From Hemiscyllium ocellatum (lineage: Eukaryota): a stretch of DNA of 64,000 nt. The notes beneath the pieces are model-generated. The model was not told the DNA's origin, searched no databases, and saw nothing but the letters and a program-made list of their open reading frames with translations. Location of the stretch: assembly GCF_020745735.1 (NCBI RefSeq), contig NC_083435.1, forward strand, positions 36,605,090 through 36,669,089, given 5' to 3'. Positions 24,730 through 38,400 of the stretch are shown here, one piece after another. The position numbers and the translations under genes were made by a program. Position 1 is the stretch's first letter, and each line of letters opens with the position of its first letter.

Positions 24730-25420
24730 TTCCTGTGCAGCTGAAGCAGTGAGTCTGCCCAGTCTGCCCAGTGTGGGGATTTTGGGAAGGAGGTAGAAGT
24801 GAGATGTGTGGAGTTAGGAGACTATGAGCTTGGATACACAGAGGGTGAGATTCTTGGATGAGATGAGGTTGGTGAACATTGTGGACACAATGCACTGTTG
24901 TACCAATGGTAGGGTCATGGGTCAGGGGGAGATAGGAGGAGGGACCAGAGAGCTGGTGCACATCCTGTGCAATGTAGAGATCAGTACACCAGGCAACAAC
25001 CACAGGGCTGAGCCAGCATGAGGCGCTGCTGTTGGACAGAGGTTGGGAATATGCATCTGGCGATGTATGACACTGAGTGTGGATCTCAGGAAATGATGAG
25101 AACAGCTGTCAGGGGACCGTTGAACAGCACAGAGAGACCTGTGATGCTGGATGGATTCAACACATAGGATGGAACTGGAGTTGGAATCCACGTGGGGGGA
25201 GTCTGAGCCAGAGGCTGTCTCTGAGAAATATGATGTGATTGTGGATAGGGGTTTTCACAAATACCTTGTCAAACACCAGGAGTGACAGCAAAATGAATGG
25301 TGATGAAAGATTGGAATGGAAATCCTGTCAGAGAGAGGAGCAGCACTTCTTCAAATTGGCTATGTACAATAGCAGCTGATGTGATAACAAGGCCTGGTAT
25401 GTGGGGGTGGGGAAACGTGA
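24730..25420 (-). mobile_element. Degraded L1/Tx1-like fragment
   Basis: The minus strand shows Tx1-like C-terminal remnants (PTPTYQAL); no open frame. Confidence 0.35.
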
Positions 25421-26639
25421 CATTTACGTTGGATCCATTTATGTATCTGTGACATTGTCACTCTCTCAGATCCCTGTTTCACCCTCCCAGACACTTAAAA
25501 CCTGTCAAAATCATTCCCTCCCCACTCTGAAGTGATTGCCTCGTGTCTGTCCATACCTGAACTTGTAGGTTTCCTGGGCTCCACTGCAGGACATTCCCGG
25601 AGCCTCATTGCGGGATAACAGGATTATCCTGTTCCAATGTGAACATGGACATCATTGTCCACCCTTCCACATCACAGCAAACACAGAATTACAGCTCATT
25701 GTTCACACCCAGTTCTTTCAGAATTGAGATAAAGTTTTTTTTTCCTGGGAATGTGTTTCCACAGATTGATCAGTGGAGCCTGGATCCATGGGTTTGGGAA
25801 GTGATTCTTCAAGTGAGACCTGCATCAGTCATTCTTCTGTCCCATCTCAGAAATGTGAGCAGTGTCACCGTCAGAGGGATCTTCACAGATGGTTTCTCCC
25901 TCACACTTTCTCATCTTCACTGTCTTCAGTTAGCCGATGGGGAGGTGATGGCACGGTATTGTCACTGCACAGTTAGTCCAGAGACCCAGCTAATGTCCCA
26001 GGGACCCAAGTTCAAATCCTGCTATGCCAGGTAGTGGAATTTGAATTCAATAAAAATCAGGAATTAAGAGTCTGCTGATGACTATGAATTCATTGTGTAT
26101 TGTTGGGAAAAACCCATCTGACTAATGTCCCTGAGAGAAGGAAAGTGCAATCCTGGTCTGCATGTGACTCCAGTCCCACAGCAATGTGATTGACTTTAAC
26201 TTCCTTCTGGGCAGTTCGATAAATGGTGGCTTCATCCCCTGAATGAATTAAGAAAGGTTATTTGACTTTAGGTATGATCATTTTTAAATGCCTGAAATGA
26301 AGCAATCTCCTGAGGCTACTCAGAGGTGTATTTTATATTGGAAGAAACCCCTCTATTTATGTAGAAAAATTGGGATTCTTTTGTGAATATCTGAATAAAT
26401 GTTATAGCTGTCTTTATATTGAGAAAATACTAGTTATATTAGTATTCTGTTTTATTTTAATCTGTTTTGATTTAAAAGTGATCATACCTAAATTCAAACA
26501 ACCTTTATTTTATCATGTTAATGTATTTAAGGTAACAAAATCTGTAACTATTTATCAATGTTTAACTAAAATACATTTAATTGTGGTTTCTAAATCAATA
26601 AAAAATTGTCAGTGGTTGATTTATTTGAATTAAGCAATG

Positions 26640-27730
26640 ATTTGTCAGGAAAGGTTTAATTCATTCCCTCAGCAGCTTGTGGCTCTTGGAATCAGCAGAT
26701 GTTGAGCTTCAATTCAATGTGAACTGGGGGAGTTAAGACCATCCAACTCCCCAACAAGCCTTCCCCAAACTAACCAGGAAGCTCAAAGTTTATTTAATGT
26801 GTGTTCTGAACTCGATAGTTGATCATGTCTCTAAGTATTCATTCCCCAAGGTGGCATGTCCTTTCTGAAAGATCTGACTGTGTGAAGAGACAATTAAACA
26901 GCTATTGGGAATCAGCAATACTTCACAGGAACAAAAATAGAAATTACTTCAGAAACTCAACAGTGTCTGTGGAGAGAAAGAAAAATTAATGCTTTGGGTC
27001 CACCCAGTGATTTCAGTGCTGATGGTAGCTAGGAAAGGAAAATGTTCACACTGATATCCAGGTTGGAGGTCCGAGGGGTGTAAAGGAGTAAGCGACAGGT
27101 GGAGATGGAGCCAGAGAGAGAGAAACACAGTTAGGCAGACAAATGATGGACAATTCTAAGTCAGGCAAGGAGAGAAACTGAAAATGGAGACCACAACTGG
27201 GTGAAAAATGATTTGGCTGTGCTGAAAGCAGCCCATGTTATGACAGGGCTTGGGGTGTGGGGATTTGGGGAAGGACATGGAAAAAGGTGCTGACGCCCAA
27301 AAGATATTGAGTCCTGAAGGCTGCAGAGCCCCCAAGTGCAAAATGAAATGGTGTTCTTCCATGTTGCGCTTAGTCCCACTGGAGTACTTCAGTGAGCCCA
27401 GGACAGAAATATTAGCCAGGGAACGTGGTGGGGTATTGAGGGGGCAGGCAGCTGGAACATCAGGGTCACTTTTGCAGGCAGAATGTAGGTGTTCTGTAAT
27501 GTGGCCGGCCAATCTGCATGTTACTTCCTCAATGTGGAGGAAGTCACATTGTGAGCAACTTCACTGATTGGTGATCCAGCAGGTATTGGAGGGAGGAAAG
27601 GGCAGGCTCACCAGCTGAATGTTTCACCCAAGGCTGAGCACACAAGCTTCTGGGCTGGGACAGATGGAGAGGAACCTTCATTGTCAATGTTTCCTTCTGA
27701 CAGGTGCTGCCTTTGGACACACCGCCTGGA
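26640..27730 (+). repeat. Unclassified dispersed repeat, split by a ~620-bp PLE-like insert (~26935-27560); inverted paralog at ~47830-48345
   Basis: 26645-26785 and 27560-27725 are reverse-complement matches to 47840-47980 and 48110-48290. A diverged copy starts near 44755. Confidence 0.75.
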
Positions 27731-28199
27731 GGGGTTGGGGTGGGGGCAATGTCAGCAGCCGAGGGGGGGTGAAAGAGGACCTGGAGAAGGCACTGAGCCC
27801 TGGGACACAGAGGGAAGTGAGACAGTAACTGAGTTGGAGGGGGAAGGGGAGTGATATCCAGATGAACAGGAGGGGGAGCACCCTGGGCTGGGAGGGCAGG
27901 TGAAGTGACACTATTACTCCTGATTTTGTTCCCTCTCAGAGTCCCCCAGCTATTCTCGAGCTGCACTGGCAGTGCAGTGGAAGACCAGTAATTTTGAGAC
28001 AGGTCAAAGAGTGTCTTTCACTGAGCTGATAGCTCTCCAAAAGCAGTTGATGTTTGTATCAATGACACTGTCCTCCCTCGAACTACATCCCCAGCTCCTT
28101 TAGGTAAGCTGACCTGATGATGAAGGGACATAGGGTCAGTTGGCCTCATTCACAAAGAGCACAGTCTCACTTTTGCCTCAAATTTACCTTACCTCCTGA

Positions 28200-28900
28200 G
28201 AGCAGTCTAACCAGGTGCTCAGTCAATGCACCAGCAGCAAATCTGAGCACAGGATGGTTCCATCCTCCATGTACAGGGAAGCTTTGAACTGAGTGCCTCC
28301 ATTTCCTGGGATAGTCACTCTTCCTGATGGACTTGGCAAAAAGGTTTGACAACACTTGATCAGAATCGACCAGCCAATCTTTGTGTTCTCCACAAAATAC
28401 TTATCATTCCCACTTGCCACATTCTCATCGGCATCACTTATAAATAGCACAAATAAAAAGGGACCCAGCATGTGGTACACAATTCACACCAGACTCCAAT
28501 CTCACAGACAGCTTAATACCATCACCTCAGTCTCTTGTCACCAAACCAACTTTAAATCCAATTTCCCAAAGTACCCTGGAAACCAAGACATTTGTATCAG
28601 TTTCCTGTGTGGGACCTTGTCAAAGGCCTTGTTGAAATCTGTATAATTGACATCAAGTGCCTGACCCTTATCCAAACTGTGGGTGACCTTCTTGGAAAAT
28701 TCAAAACAATTCATTAGGCACGACCTCCATTTGACAAAGCCATGCTGATAACCCTCATCAAACCTTACCTCCCTAAATGGAGATTACTTTCTTCCTTGGC
28801 CATTTTCTCCAGCAGTTTCCTTGCCACTGATGTTAGACTCACTTGTCTATAGTTCCATAGTCTATTCATACCACCCTACATTTGTACAGTGGAACCACAT
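28200..28900 (-). mobile_element. Old CR1 RT fragment
   Basis: The minus strand reads ..GPFLFVLFISDADENVAS..KYFVENTKIG (decayed FADDTKIG). Confidence 0.6.
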
Positions 28901-29324
28901 TAGCTGTCCTCCAGGTCTCTGGCCCCTCCCCTGTGGACAGAGATTATTTAAATATTTGAGTCAAGGCCCCTGTAATTGCCGCCCTTGCCTCCATGAGCAA
29001 ATCTCACTCCATGAGGTATCACTTTATTCATGGGATTATTGTGCGACACTGTAAAAGAGGCTTTTGGAAATTCCTGTGCATCACAACAACAACACTGCCC
29101 ACATTAACCCTCTCTGTCATCTCTCCAAAATCTCTAGTTATTACACATGGTTTCTTTTTTACAGGCATGATCTCTGCTTCCTCTGCACCACTCCCTCTCC
29201 CTATCCCAAGTCTAAGAAAGATTGAAACGATGGCCATTGCATCTAAAATTTCCACATTCACATCTCTCAGCCTCATTGAATGCATCTCACCCAGTTTTGG
29301 AGCCTTATCCATTTTAAGTGCAGA

Positions 29325-29881
29325 CAGCCGACCAAAAAAGACCCAGTACAACCCATGGACAAAACCAACGTCATTTACAAAATTCCATGCAAGGACTGCC
29401 ACAAACACTACGTAGGACAAACAGGAAGAAAGTTAGCCACCAGGATACATGAACACGAGCTAGCCACAAAAACACACGACCCTCTCTCCCTCGTAGCCCT
29501 ACACACGGATGCAAAAAAACACCATTTCGACTGGGACAACACATCTATCCTGGGACAGGCTAAGCAAAGACATGCCAGAGAATTCCTGGAGGCCTGGCAC
29601 TCCAACCACAACGCCATAAACAAACACATAGATCTAGATGCCATCTATCAACCCCTCAGAAAAGGAACAGGAAATGACATCACCACAAACCCAGGAACCC
29701 CACCCAGGACAAACATATAAATAGAAAACAGGAGACAACAGCTTCGCTTCACTTGGAGGTCACCACTGATGATGTTACCTAGCCAGGTAATAAAACTTCT
29801 GGGTATCAAACCTACAGGTCAGCGAGCAAACCTACACCCTAAACCTCAACCTGAGCTACAAACCTTCACAAACCTTGCAAA
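29325..29881 (+). mobile_element. Penelope-like element 3' end, GIY-YIG endonuclease plus terminal repeat (family B)
   Basis: KTNVIYKIPCKDCHKHYVGQTGRKLATRIHEH..REFLEAWHS; same family as 51344-52248. Confidence 0.85.
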
Positions 29882-32334
29882 AACCTACCATTAATTCATC
29901 AATTTTAACCCTTTCAAGTACCTGATGCAGTGCTTTCACCATGGCCTTGAGCAGCACCTTCTTCGGTAAAGACCAACACAACCCATTCATTTAGCCCCTC
30001 AGCCTTCCTCCATTCTTCACAAGTGTACATCCCCTTTGTGTTTCCAAATTGTTCTTCCTCCTGATTTTCTTACTTATATACCAAGAAGATTTATGGAATA
30101 CATGCTTAGTTGGCTACCTTTTTCATACTTCTGTTATGCTTCTCGCATTCACTTTGTTACCTTGTTCTGAAAGATTCAAAGCAGTTCTCAATTGTATGTT
30201 GTATTTGCCACAATCATAAATACACTTCCTTATTTATCAGTATTTTGACATCTTTTGCCAACCAGGAAGCTGTATTTCATTTTGCCCTACTTTTACTACT
30301 GAGAAAACACACTTGATTGTGCCTGAAATGCCCCCTCTTCATTCAACTGTGATTTTCCTCCCAATCTTTGACTCCAGTTTGTCTTAATAGATACATTGCT
30401 ATCCCCATTAAACTGGCATTCCCACAATTGTTCTTATGAACATCAGAATAGGAGTACACCAACTCGGTCTGCTCAGTTGTTCAGTATGATCATGTCTGAT
30501 TGAACAATGCAATACATTTTACTCACCTCATTCCCAAAACCATGTATGCCATTAGAAACCAAATTTATCAATCTGTGATCTGAACAAACTCAGGCTGGGC
30601 ATCCTCCAAGTATGATTCACAACTCTTCATAAAACAAACTCATCACATTGGACCTTAATCGCATCTGACTTATTTTTCCCCACTTGGGTCATTCAGTTCT
30701 GGTTTCCCCATCAGGGCATACACACTACAGTACATCTATTAGCTCTCTTTTATCAAGTTTGGTTTTGCAACCCTCAAGCAAATTTGACAACACTTTGTGC
30801 TTTCCAAATTCAAATTCATTTTATCATAAATATATAGTAGAGAAAATTTTAGATTTCAAAGTCTAATCAGCTTCTGTTTCTCTGTTTTATTTCTCACTCT
30901 CTTCTAAAATAACCATGTGATTTTGCTATCTTCCAGTCAAAAGGAATAGAAAATTAAGGTATTCATGAATGCTTCAAATATTTCAACATCCAACTCCTTC
31001 AATACTTTGAAATGAAGAATATCAAGCTTTGAGGTTTAATAATTTTCAGCCTCATTAATTTCTGCTGTACAATCTTATTACTAATATTACTTCCCTCTAA
31101 CTCCATTCTCCTTGGTGACTTAGATTTCTACTTCTTGGAGACTGCTGGTATCTTCCTCAGTGAAGACAAACATAAGGTATTCCTTTAGTTTCTCTTCTGT
31201 TTCTCTGTTCTCCATTTTAAAGTCTCTTGACTCTACTTTTAATGAACCCACCTTTGGGTTGGCCGAGCATTCCCTTTTATATATGACAAAGGCTTTTACC
31301 ATCGGTTTGTGCGTCTTATTTTGTCTGAGTGCAGTGAATTGTATTCTCCTGTTGCTTCACAGTATTTGCATCTTATTTATTGTATTCTCCAAACCTTCCA
31401 ATACTCAGAATTACTGTTATTTCTGACAATTTTATAGGCCTTTGTTTATTTTTCTCTGAGTTCTGAACTTCTTTTGACAGGCTGGTTGATGTATTTTCTT
31501 TCTTTATTGCACATTGACAGAATGCATACTGGCTGCAAGTTATGTGACAGTCCTTTAATGATTGTCCATTGCTTATGTAGAGTCATGCCGTTTATTGTAT
31601 TTTTCAACTTCACCAAAACTAATTTGGACCTCAGGTCTTCATAATTTGCCTTATGTGAAAATTAACACCCTTGCTAGAATGCTACCATGATTATAAAGAT
31701 TACATAACATTCTGTCGTTTTAAGATCACTCATTCTTGAAGTGTTTTTTAAATAATAACAAGGTTATTAATTAACAATTTCTTCTTACAAAATACTAGAT
31801 CTGAAATAAAACATCCTCTCATTGGCCCTCCAGCATTGTGTTTGAGAAAACCACCCGATAAAGACTCCACAATCTCGTTCTTCAGAGCTTCGGCGTTCAA
31901 CTGTGTTTTGTTTTCTCATTATATGTGCTGGTAGAAGTCACTCATGGCAACTTAGATGTCCATGTGACGTAACGCTCTCATGTCCTGATGAAAATCATGC
32001 CACATCTCGCCAACCTCCCCCACCCCCCGCCCTCCCCGCTATCTGGTGGCCTCGAAATGAATCTAACTAACGTCTTCTGCCCCCTGCTATCTTTCAGCAG
32101 CATCTGAACAGACTCCACACACCACTCCCGATCCGAGCTGTTCCCTTGGTAATTCATTGATGGCATCCCGTAATATTGTTCTAACACAACCACCCTTTAC
32201 AACTCGTCATCTATTCCGAATCTTCGAATTTCCTTGTCTATTCAGTTCCCCGTTCTGCGAAACATGTGACCTTTATTTCTGTAATAGCAATTAGCTCATA
32301 GTGAGCTCTGTTCGAACGTTTCGCTTAACTGAAA

Positions 32335-32470
32335 CTGAAAAATGTGTTGCTGGCCTATGTCCGAAACGTCGATTCTCCTCCTCCTTGGATGCTGCCTAAC
32401 CTGCTGCGCTTTTCCAGCAACACATTTTTCAGCTCTGATTTCCAGCATCTGCAGTCCTCACTTTCTCCGT
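32335..32470. mobile_element. Short palindromic PLE-terminus derivative
   Basis: ctgaaaaatgtgttgctgg ... ccagcaacacatttttcag inverted arms around a truncated hammerhead (gaaacgtcgatt). Confidence 0.6.
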
Positions 32471-33190
32471 TTTGCTTGATAGCCTTGCTGTGAATGTTCT
32501 ATCCATTCGGGGGGAGTGCTATTAACTTTACCTTTTTGACACCATTTCACTTTCACACCATACTCGATGTTCAGCTCTCTGTCCTGCCTTTCGACTTCCT
32601 TGCTTTTGTTCTGCTTATTGTTGTCAAAATTACTTCCCTCCAATTAGATTTGTATCCCGCGATGAGCTGGTTTAAACTCACACTAACAACTCTCGGAAAT
32701 CTCGCTGTGGGGATATCAGCTTCTGCACAGTTAAAGGTGTAATCCGTCCAGCAGGTGCTCGCGGAACATTTACACTTCATTGTTCTTTACACTACCGCTA
32801 TTCAATTATAATTTGGTTCCAAATTTTATTAATTAAAAACCACCATCTCCCTGCCCACACTCCATATCCAACGAAGAGATGTTATATAGCAATGGCTGGT
32901 TTACCGACCCAGAAATCTCCGCGGTTGAGAACTTCCCCTATACAGGCTACAATAGGGAAGTACGCAGACGCAGTAACTCCCTCACTCTGGAGCATGCGCA
33001 TTGTGACAGAGGGCTGGGTGATGCTGGCGGTGAGGATGTGGGAACGAGAAGGGAACCTTGGAGCCGGAGGGTGGATGGGGAATGGCTCCAAACATTTATT
33101 AAATGCTGCAAACCTCGATTAAAATCCTGCCTCCGACCGAAGGAAGGGCAGGAAAAAGGAGTAGACCCTGAATGATCAATATCTTCGAGT

Positions 33191-35179
33191 AAAAAATGAG
33201 GTCTGCAGATGCTGGAGATCACAGCTGCAAATGTGTTGCTGGTCAAAGCACAGCAGGTTAGGCAGCATCTCAGGAATAGGGAATTCGACGTTTCGAGCAT
33301 AAGCCCTTCATCAGGAATAAGAGAGGGAGCCAGGCAGGCTAAGATAAAAGGTAGGGAGGAGGGACTAGGGGGAGGGGCGATGGAGATGGGATAGGTGGAA
33401 GGAGGTCAAGGTGAGGGTGATAGGCCGGAGTGGGGTGGGGGCGGAGAGGTCAGGAAGAGGATTGCAGGTTAAGAGGGCGGTGCTGAGTTGAGGGAACCGA
33501 CTGAGACAAGGTGGGGGGAGGGGAAATGAGGAAACTGGAGAAATCTGAATTCATACCTTGTGGTTGGAGGGTTCCCAGGCGGAAGATGAGGCGCTCTTCC
33601 TCCAGCCGTCGTGTAGTTGTGTTCTGCCGGTGGAGGAGTCCAAGGACCTGCATGTCCTCGGTGGAGTGGGAGGGAGAGTTAAAGTGTTGAGCCACGGGGT
33701 GATTGGGTTGGTTGGTTCGGGCGGCCCGGAGGTGTTCTCTGAAGCGTTCAGCAAGTAAGCGGCCCGTCTCCCCAATATAGAGGACGCCACATCGGGTGCA
33801 GCGGATGCAATAGATGATGTGTGTGGAGGTACAGGTGAACTTGTGGCGGATATGGAAGGATCCCTTGGGGCCTTGGAGGGAAGTGAGTGTGGAGGTGTGG
33901 GCGCAAGTTTTACATTTCCTGCGGTTGCAGGGGACGGTGCCGGGGGTGGAGGTTGGGTTGGTGGGGGGTGTGGATCGGACGAGGGAGTCACGAAGGGAGT
34001 GGTCCTTGCGGAACGCTGATAGGGGAGGGGAGGGAAATATATCCTTGGTGGTGGGGTCCGTTTGGAGGTGGCGGAAATGGCGGTGGATGATACGTTGTAT
34101 GCGGAGGTTGGTGGGGTGGTAGGTGAGAACCAGTGGGTTCTGTCTTGGTGGCGGTTGGAGGAGCGGGGCTCAAGGGCGGAGGAGCGGGAAGTGGAGGAGA
34201 TGCGGTGGAGGGCATCGTCGATCACGTCTGGGGGGAATCTGCGGTCCTTGAAGAAGGAGGCCATCTGGGCTGTGCGGTGTTGGAATTGGTCCTCCTGGGA
34301 GCAGATGCGGCGGAGACGAAGGAATTGGGAATATGGGATGGCGTTTTTACAGGGGGCAGGGTGGGAGGAGGTGTAGTCCAGGTAGCTGTGGGAGTCAGTT
34401 GGTTTATAATAGATGTCTGTGTTGAGTCGGTCGCCCGAGATAGAAATGGAAAGGTCTAGGGAGGGGAGGGAGGAGTCTGAGACAGTCCAGGTGAATTTCA
34501 GGTTGGGATGGAAGGTGTTAGTAAAGTTGATGAACTGTTCAACCTCCTCGTGGGAGCACGAGGCAGCGCCGGTACAGTCATCGATGTAGCGGAGGAAAAG
34601 ATGGGGGGTGGTGCCAGTGTAGTTGCGGAAGATGGACTGTTCCACATATCCTACGAAGAGGCAGGCATAGCTGGGGCCCATGCGGGTGCCCATGGCAACT
34701 CCTTTAGTTTGAAGGAAGTGGGAGGATTGAAAAGAGAAGTTATTCAGGGTGAGGACCAGTTCAGTCAGTCGAAGGAGGGTGTCAGTGGAAGGGTACTGGT
34801 TGGTGCGGCGGGAAAGGAAGAAGCGGAGGGCTTTGAGTCCTTCGTGATGGGGGATGGAGGTGTACAGGGACTGGATGTCCATAGTGAAAATAAGGCGTTG
34901 GGGACCGGGGAAGCGAAAATCCTGGAGGAGGTGGAGGGCGTGGGTGGTGTCCCGAACGTAGGTGGGGAGTTCTTGGACCAAAGGGGACAGGACCGTGTCG
35001 AGGTATTGGGAGATGAGTTCGGTGGGGCAGGAGCAGGCTGAGACAATGGGTCGGCCGGGGCAGTCAGGTTTGTGGATTTTGGGCAGGAGGTAGAAACGGG
35101 CGGTGCGGGGTTGTGGGACTATGAGGTTGGAAGCGGTGGATGGGAGATCCCCTGAGGTGATGAGGTCCTGGATGGTCAA
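33191..35179 (-). mobile_element. Young 5'-truncated Penelope-like element (RT + GIY-YIG, family A), one frameshift near 34135
   Basis: The 542-aa ORF contains FYLLPKIHK..GRPIVS..GVAMGTRMGPSYA..LRYIDD. After the frameshift, IYCIRCTRCGVLYIGETGR..FREH continues in another frame. Confidence 0.92.
33283..33318 (-). ncRNA. Minimal type I hammerhead ribozyme motif
   Basis: The reverse complement reads ATTC CTGATGA A GGGCTTATGCTC GAAAC GTC GAAT. Confidence 0.7.
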
Positions 35180-35184
35180 TGTCA

Positions 35185-35400
35185 GGGTAGCTCAGTGGTT
35201 AGCGCTGCTGCATTACAGCTCCAGGGACGTAGGTTCGATTCCACACTCGGGATCATTGTCTGTGTAGAGTTTCTCTGTGGGTTTCTGACCAAAGATTAGC
35301 TGAATTAACCATACTTTAAATTGCCCACAATGTGTGGGCTAGCCGTGGGGAATGCCAGGTTATAGGGTAGGGAATGGGTCTGTATTCGAACAAAGTGTCT
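35185..35400 (+). mobile_element. tRNA-derived SINE (V-SINE/HE1-like), decayed
   Basis: A box ggtagctcagtggttagc, B box ggttcgattcc, then a tgtctgtgtagagttt core. Confidence 0.7.
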
Positions 35401-38400
35401 GCATGCTTCACTTATGGTTGGCTGCTGGTGTGTAGTCCTTTTGCGATTACACTGAAAAATACCCGGGTAAGTAAATTTTGCTAATTTTTTCCAAGAACTT
35501 GAACAATTGGAGCATTGAATTAATTGCTTTTACCATCTTGAAATATTGTTAATGGTTTTTGATGGGTTGCTGACAGTGACCTGTTTGAATTGTTTACTTT
35601 GGGGACTGAGTGTCCACCTTTTGAAACCAGAGTATGCACCTAATCTTCTGTGTTATTGAGGCATATCTCCCCCATGTGGTGACTTGTTTGAAAGGAAATA
35701 TTGAGTTGCCCTTTACACTTTGTAAAGCAGTCTTGAATCTCTCTACTTTTGAGTTGTCCGGGCTTGAATCTTTGCAATGACCTGTTTGGGCAAAATTGTC
35801 TGTGTGGCTTGGCTTAGGTGTTGCCACCATACCTTGCTTTTTGACCAGTGTTTCTGCCCTGTTTATTTCAGTTGCTGTGATTGTATTTCTGGCTTTCTTT
35901 TTTAATGACTTTAGTTTTCTTGAACAATAGCAGACTACTACGTCTAAGATGGACAGATTTTTATTGAGCAAAAGTATTAAGATTTTCGTATATAGGTTTA
36001 GGCCTTAGGCCAGCCATGTTTTATTGAGTGATGGAACAGCCTCGAGGGGCTGAATGGCCTCTCCCTGTCCTCAGTTTATATGAGCTGCAGATTTAGAAAT
36101 GTTGCATTTGATCCTTGCCTCCAAATCACTGATGTATGTTGTGAAGAGCTGGAACTAAGTACAGGTCTTTGTGTTATCCCATGAAGCACAAACTGCCAAC
36201 ATGAGAATGACCTGTATCTCTGATTCTGTCTGTTTGCCAATCCCTCATCTGTGCCAGTCCTATCCAATCTATTTAATCTTTCTAACTAGCCTGCTCAGAG
36301 GACTTCATCAAACATATTCTAAAAATTAAGTTTATTCACATCATTGGCTCTCTTAAAATTCTGTTTGAAGGAAACTCCAACGATTTTGTCCAATACAATT
36401 TCTCTTTTGCAAATCCACACTGACTATGCCCAAACCGATCTCCAACACCTCGGTGTGTATTATCCCATCCTCCACAACAGATTTATATGATGTGGAGGTG
36501 CCGGTGTTGGACTGGGGTGAACAAAGTCAGAAATTAGACAACACCAGCTGATAGTCCAACAGGTTTATTTGAAATCACAAGCTTTCAAAGTGTAGCCCCT
36601 TTGTCAGGTGAAGTGAGTGAGAAAAACACAGAACACAGTTTATCGGCAGAGAGATCAAGGGCAGAGATATCGGATCGTATAAATGGTGTGAGTCAGGTGT
36701 TGCAGTCAGCATCTGCAGGTGACTAAGAGAAGTATACAGTGTGAGTAAAGTGTCAACAGCTGAATAACAACTGAAAGGGTGATCTCTAATCAGTTTAAAT
36801 GAGGCAGAGAGAGAATTAGAAAAAAATGAAAATAAAGTGGTGCTGGACACATCCCACTTGACTGGAGCAACAGGGAACACAAACGGAAGCTTCTGGAAAA
36901 GCACAGCAGGCCCGGCAGTATCTGTGAAGGAAAACCAGAGGAAGGATCACCGGACCCAAAACGTTAACTCTGAATCTTTTTCACAGATGCCGCTAGACCC
37001 ACTAAGCAAACCCCCTCCTGGTTTACAGTATCCGGAGCTCTTTTGGTTTTTGTTTGACTGGAATAATATGATCGGTATAAGAATCGCATGTTACAGGTCT
37101 AACCAAAGTAATAAATCTAAAACTATATGACGTAGTTAAGATAGAGAGATCATAATTTATCAAGGTGATTGTGTCAAACAGGACAGAAAGGAAGGTTTTA
37201 CAGATACAGAACTGTGTGGTGGGCTCACATGTAAATGACATGAACCCAACATCATGGTTGAGGTCATCTTCATGGATATTGAACTTGACTATCAGTTTTT
37301 TGTTCGGTAGATTTGTAGCATTTTACCCTGTTACTGATGTAGGCCTAACGTGTTTGTAATTCCTTATTTTCTCTCTGGCTCCCTTCTTAAGTAATAGTGG
37401 CATTCAGTAATTTCCAATCAGCAAGAACAGATAATAAAAATGCATCAATTATCCCTATAAGCACCTGCTTCAGTCTTTATCCCAACATGCTATCAGGTCC
37501 GAGGGATTTAGCCATTACCAGCTGCATTAATATCTCCAGTATAACCATATAATCTCTAAAATTTCTGGAGATCTCTGGTATCTTCTTTATTGAAAATATA
37601 TTATATATAAAATCTTCTCTGCCAGTTCTATATTCATCAATATCAATTTTGTGTAACATATCAACTTTATTGCTGCTATTTCTGGCAACTTTACAGATCA
37701 TTCCTTTTAGTGCAAGGTAACTCTGAACTTCATTTGTTAACCTCCGTTGACTGGCTTTTTTTTCAGTTTTTGCAGCATGAACAAATGGACAGTTGCTGTA
37801 AGTCATGTGACCAAGCTTTTCAGACAAACCCACCTATGACTTTGTCCAGTCAGGCCTTATCCAGTACTTTTCCCATTCACCGGAACCATTTGTTACTCTC
37901 GCCTCCTTCATTTCCTTAATTAGAATGAACTTCTTCACTTTCAAACATAATGTAACAGTGTCTGAGTGACAACTCACTCCATTTGGTTCTTGAAGAATGA
38001 GATTATTAATTAGCATTTTTGCGTTACAAAATACTAGATCAAAAATGACACATGATCTAGTTAACCAAGATATTGCTTGACAATCCCATCCCAAATACAT
38101 TCCGTTGAGGTGAGGATTAGTGCACCAAGTAACTTATATCTAACTTCCCAAAGCCTAGCCACTACCTGCAAGGCACAAGTCAGGAGTGTGATGGGATACT
38201 CTACACTTGTCAGGATGAAAAAAAGCTCAAAGAACACACAAGGAGTTTGAAACCATCCCTCATAAAGCAACCAGCTTGATTGGTACCTAATCCTCAAATA
38301 TCCACCCTCTCCGCCACCCACTCAGTTACATCAATGTATACTAGCGATAGGATTCACCACAGAAATTTGCCAAAGATCCTGAGACAGCACCTTCTGAACC

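Noticed and set aside
25765-25976. GSDSSSE-containing frame after a good acceptor as a class I terminal exon
   Set aside because: An in-frame TGA follows the acceptor immediately, and no TM or preceding cytoplasmic exon was found between 23302 and 25765.
32880-33110. CpG-richer patch with an NRF1-like GCATGCGCA as a promoter
   Set aside because: A single partial motif wedged between repeats, with no linked exon.
35594-35971. 125-aa minus ORF and neighbouring coding-like frames
   Set aside because: No recognisable domain, no convincing splice structure and stops in adjacent frames; cannot be supported without blastx.
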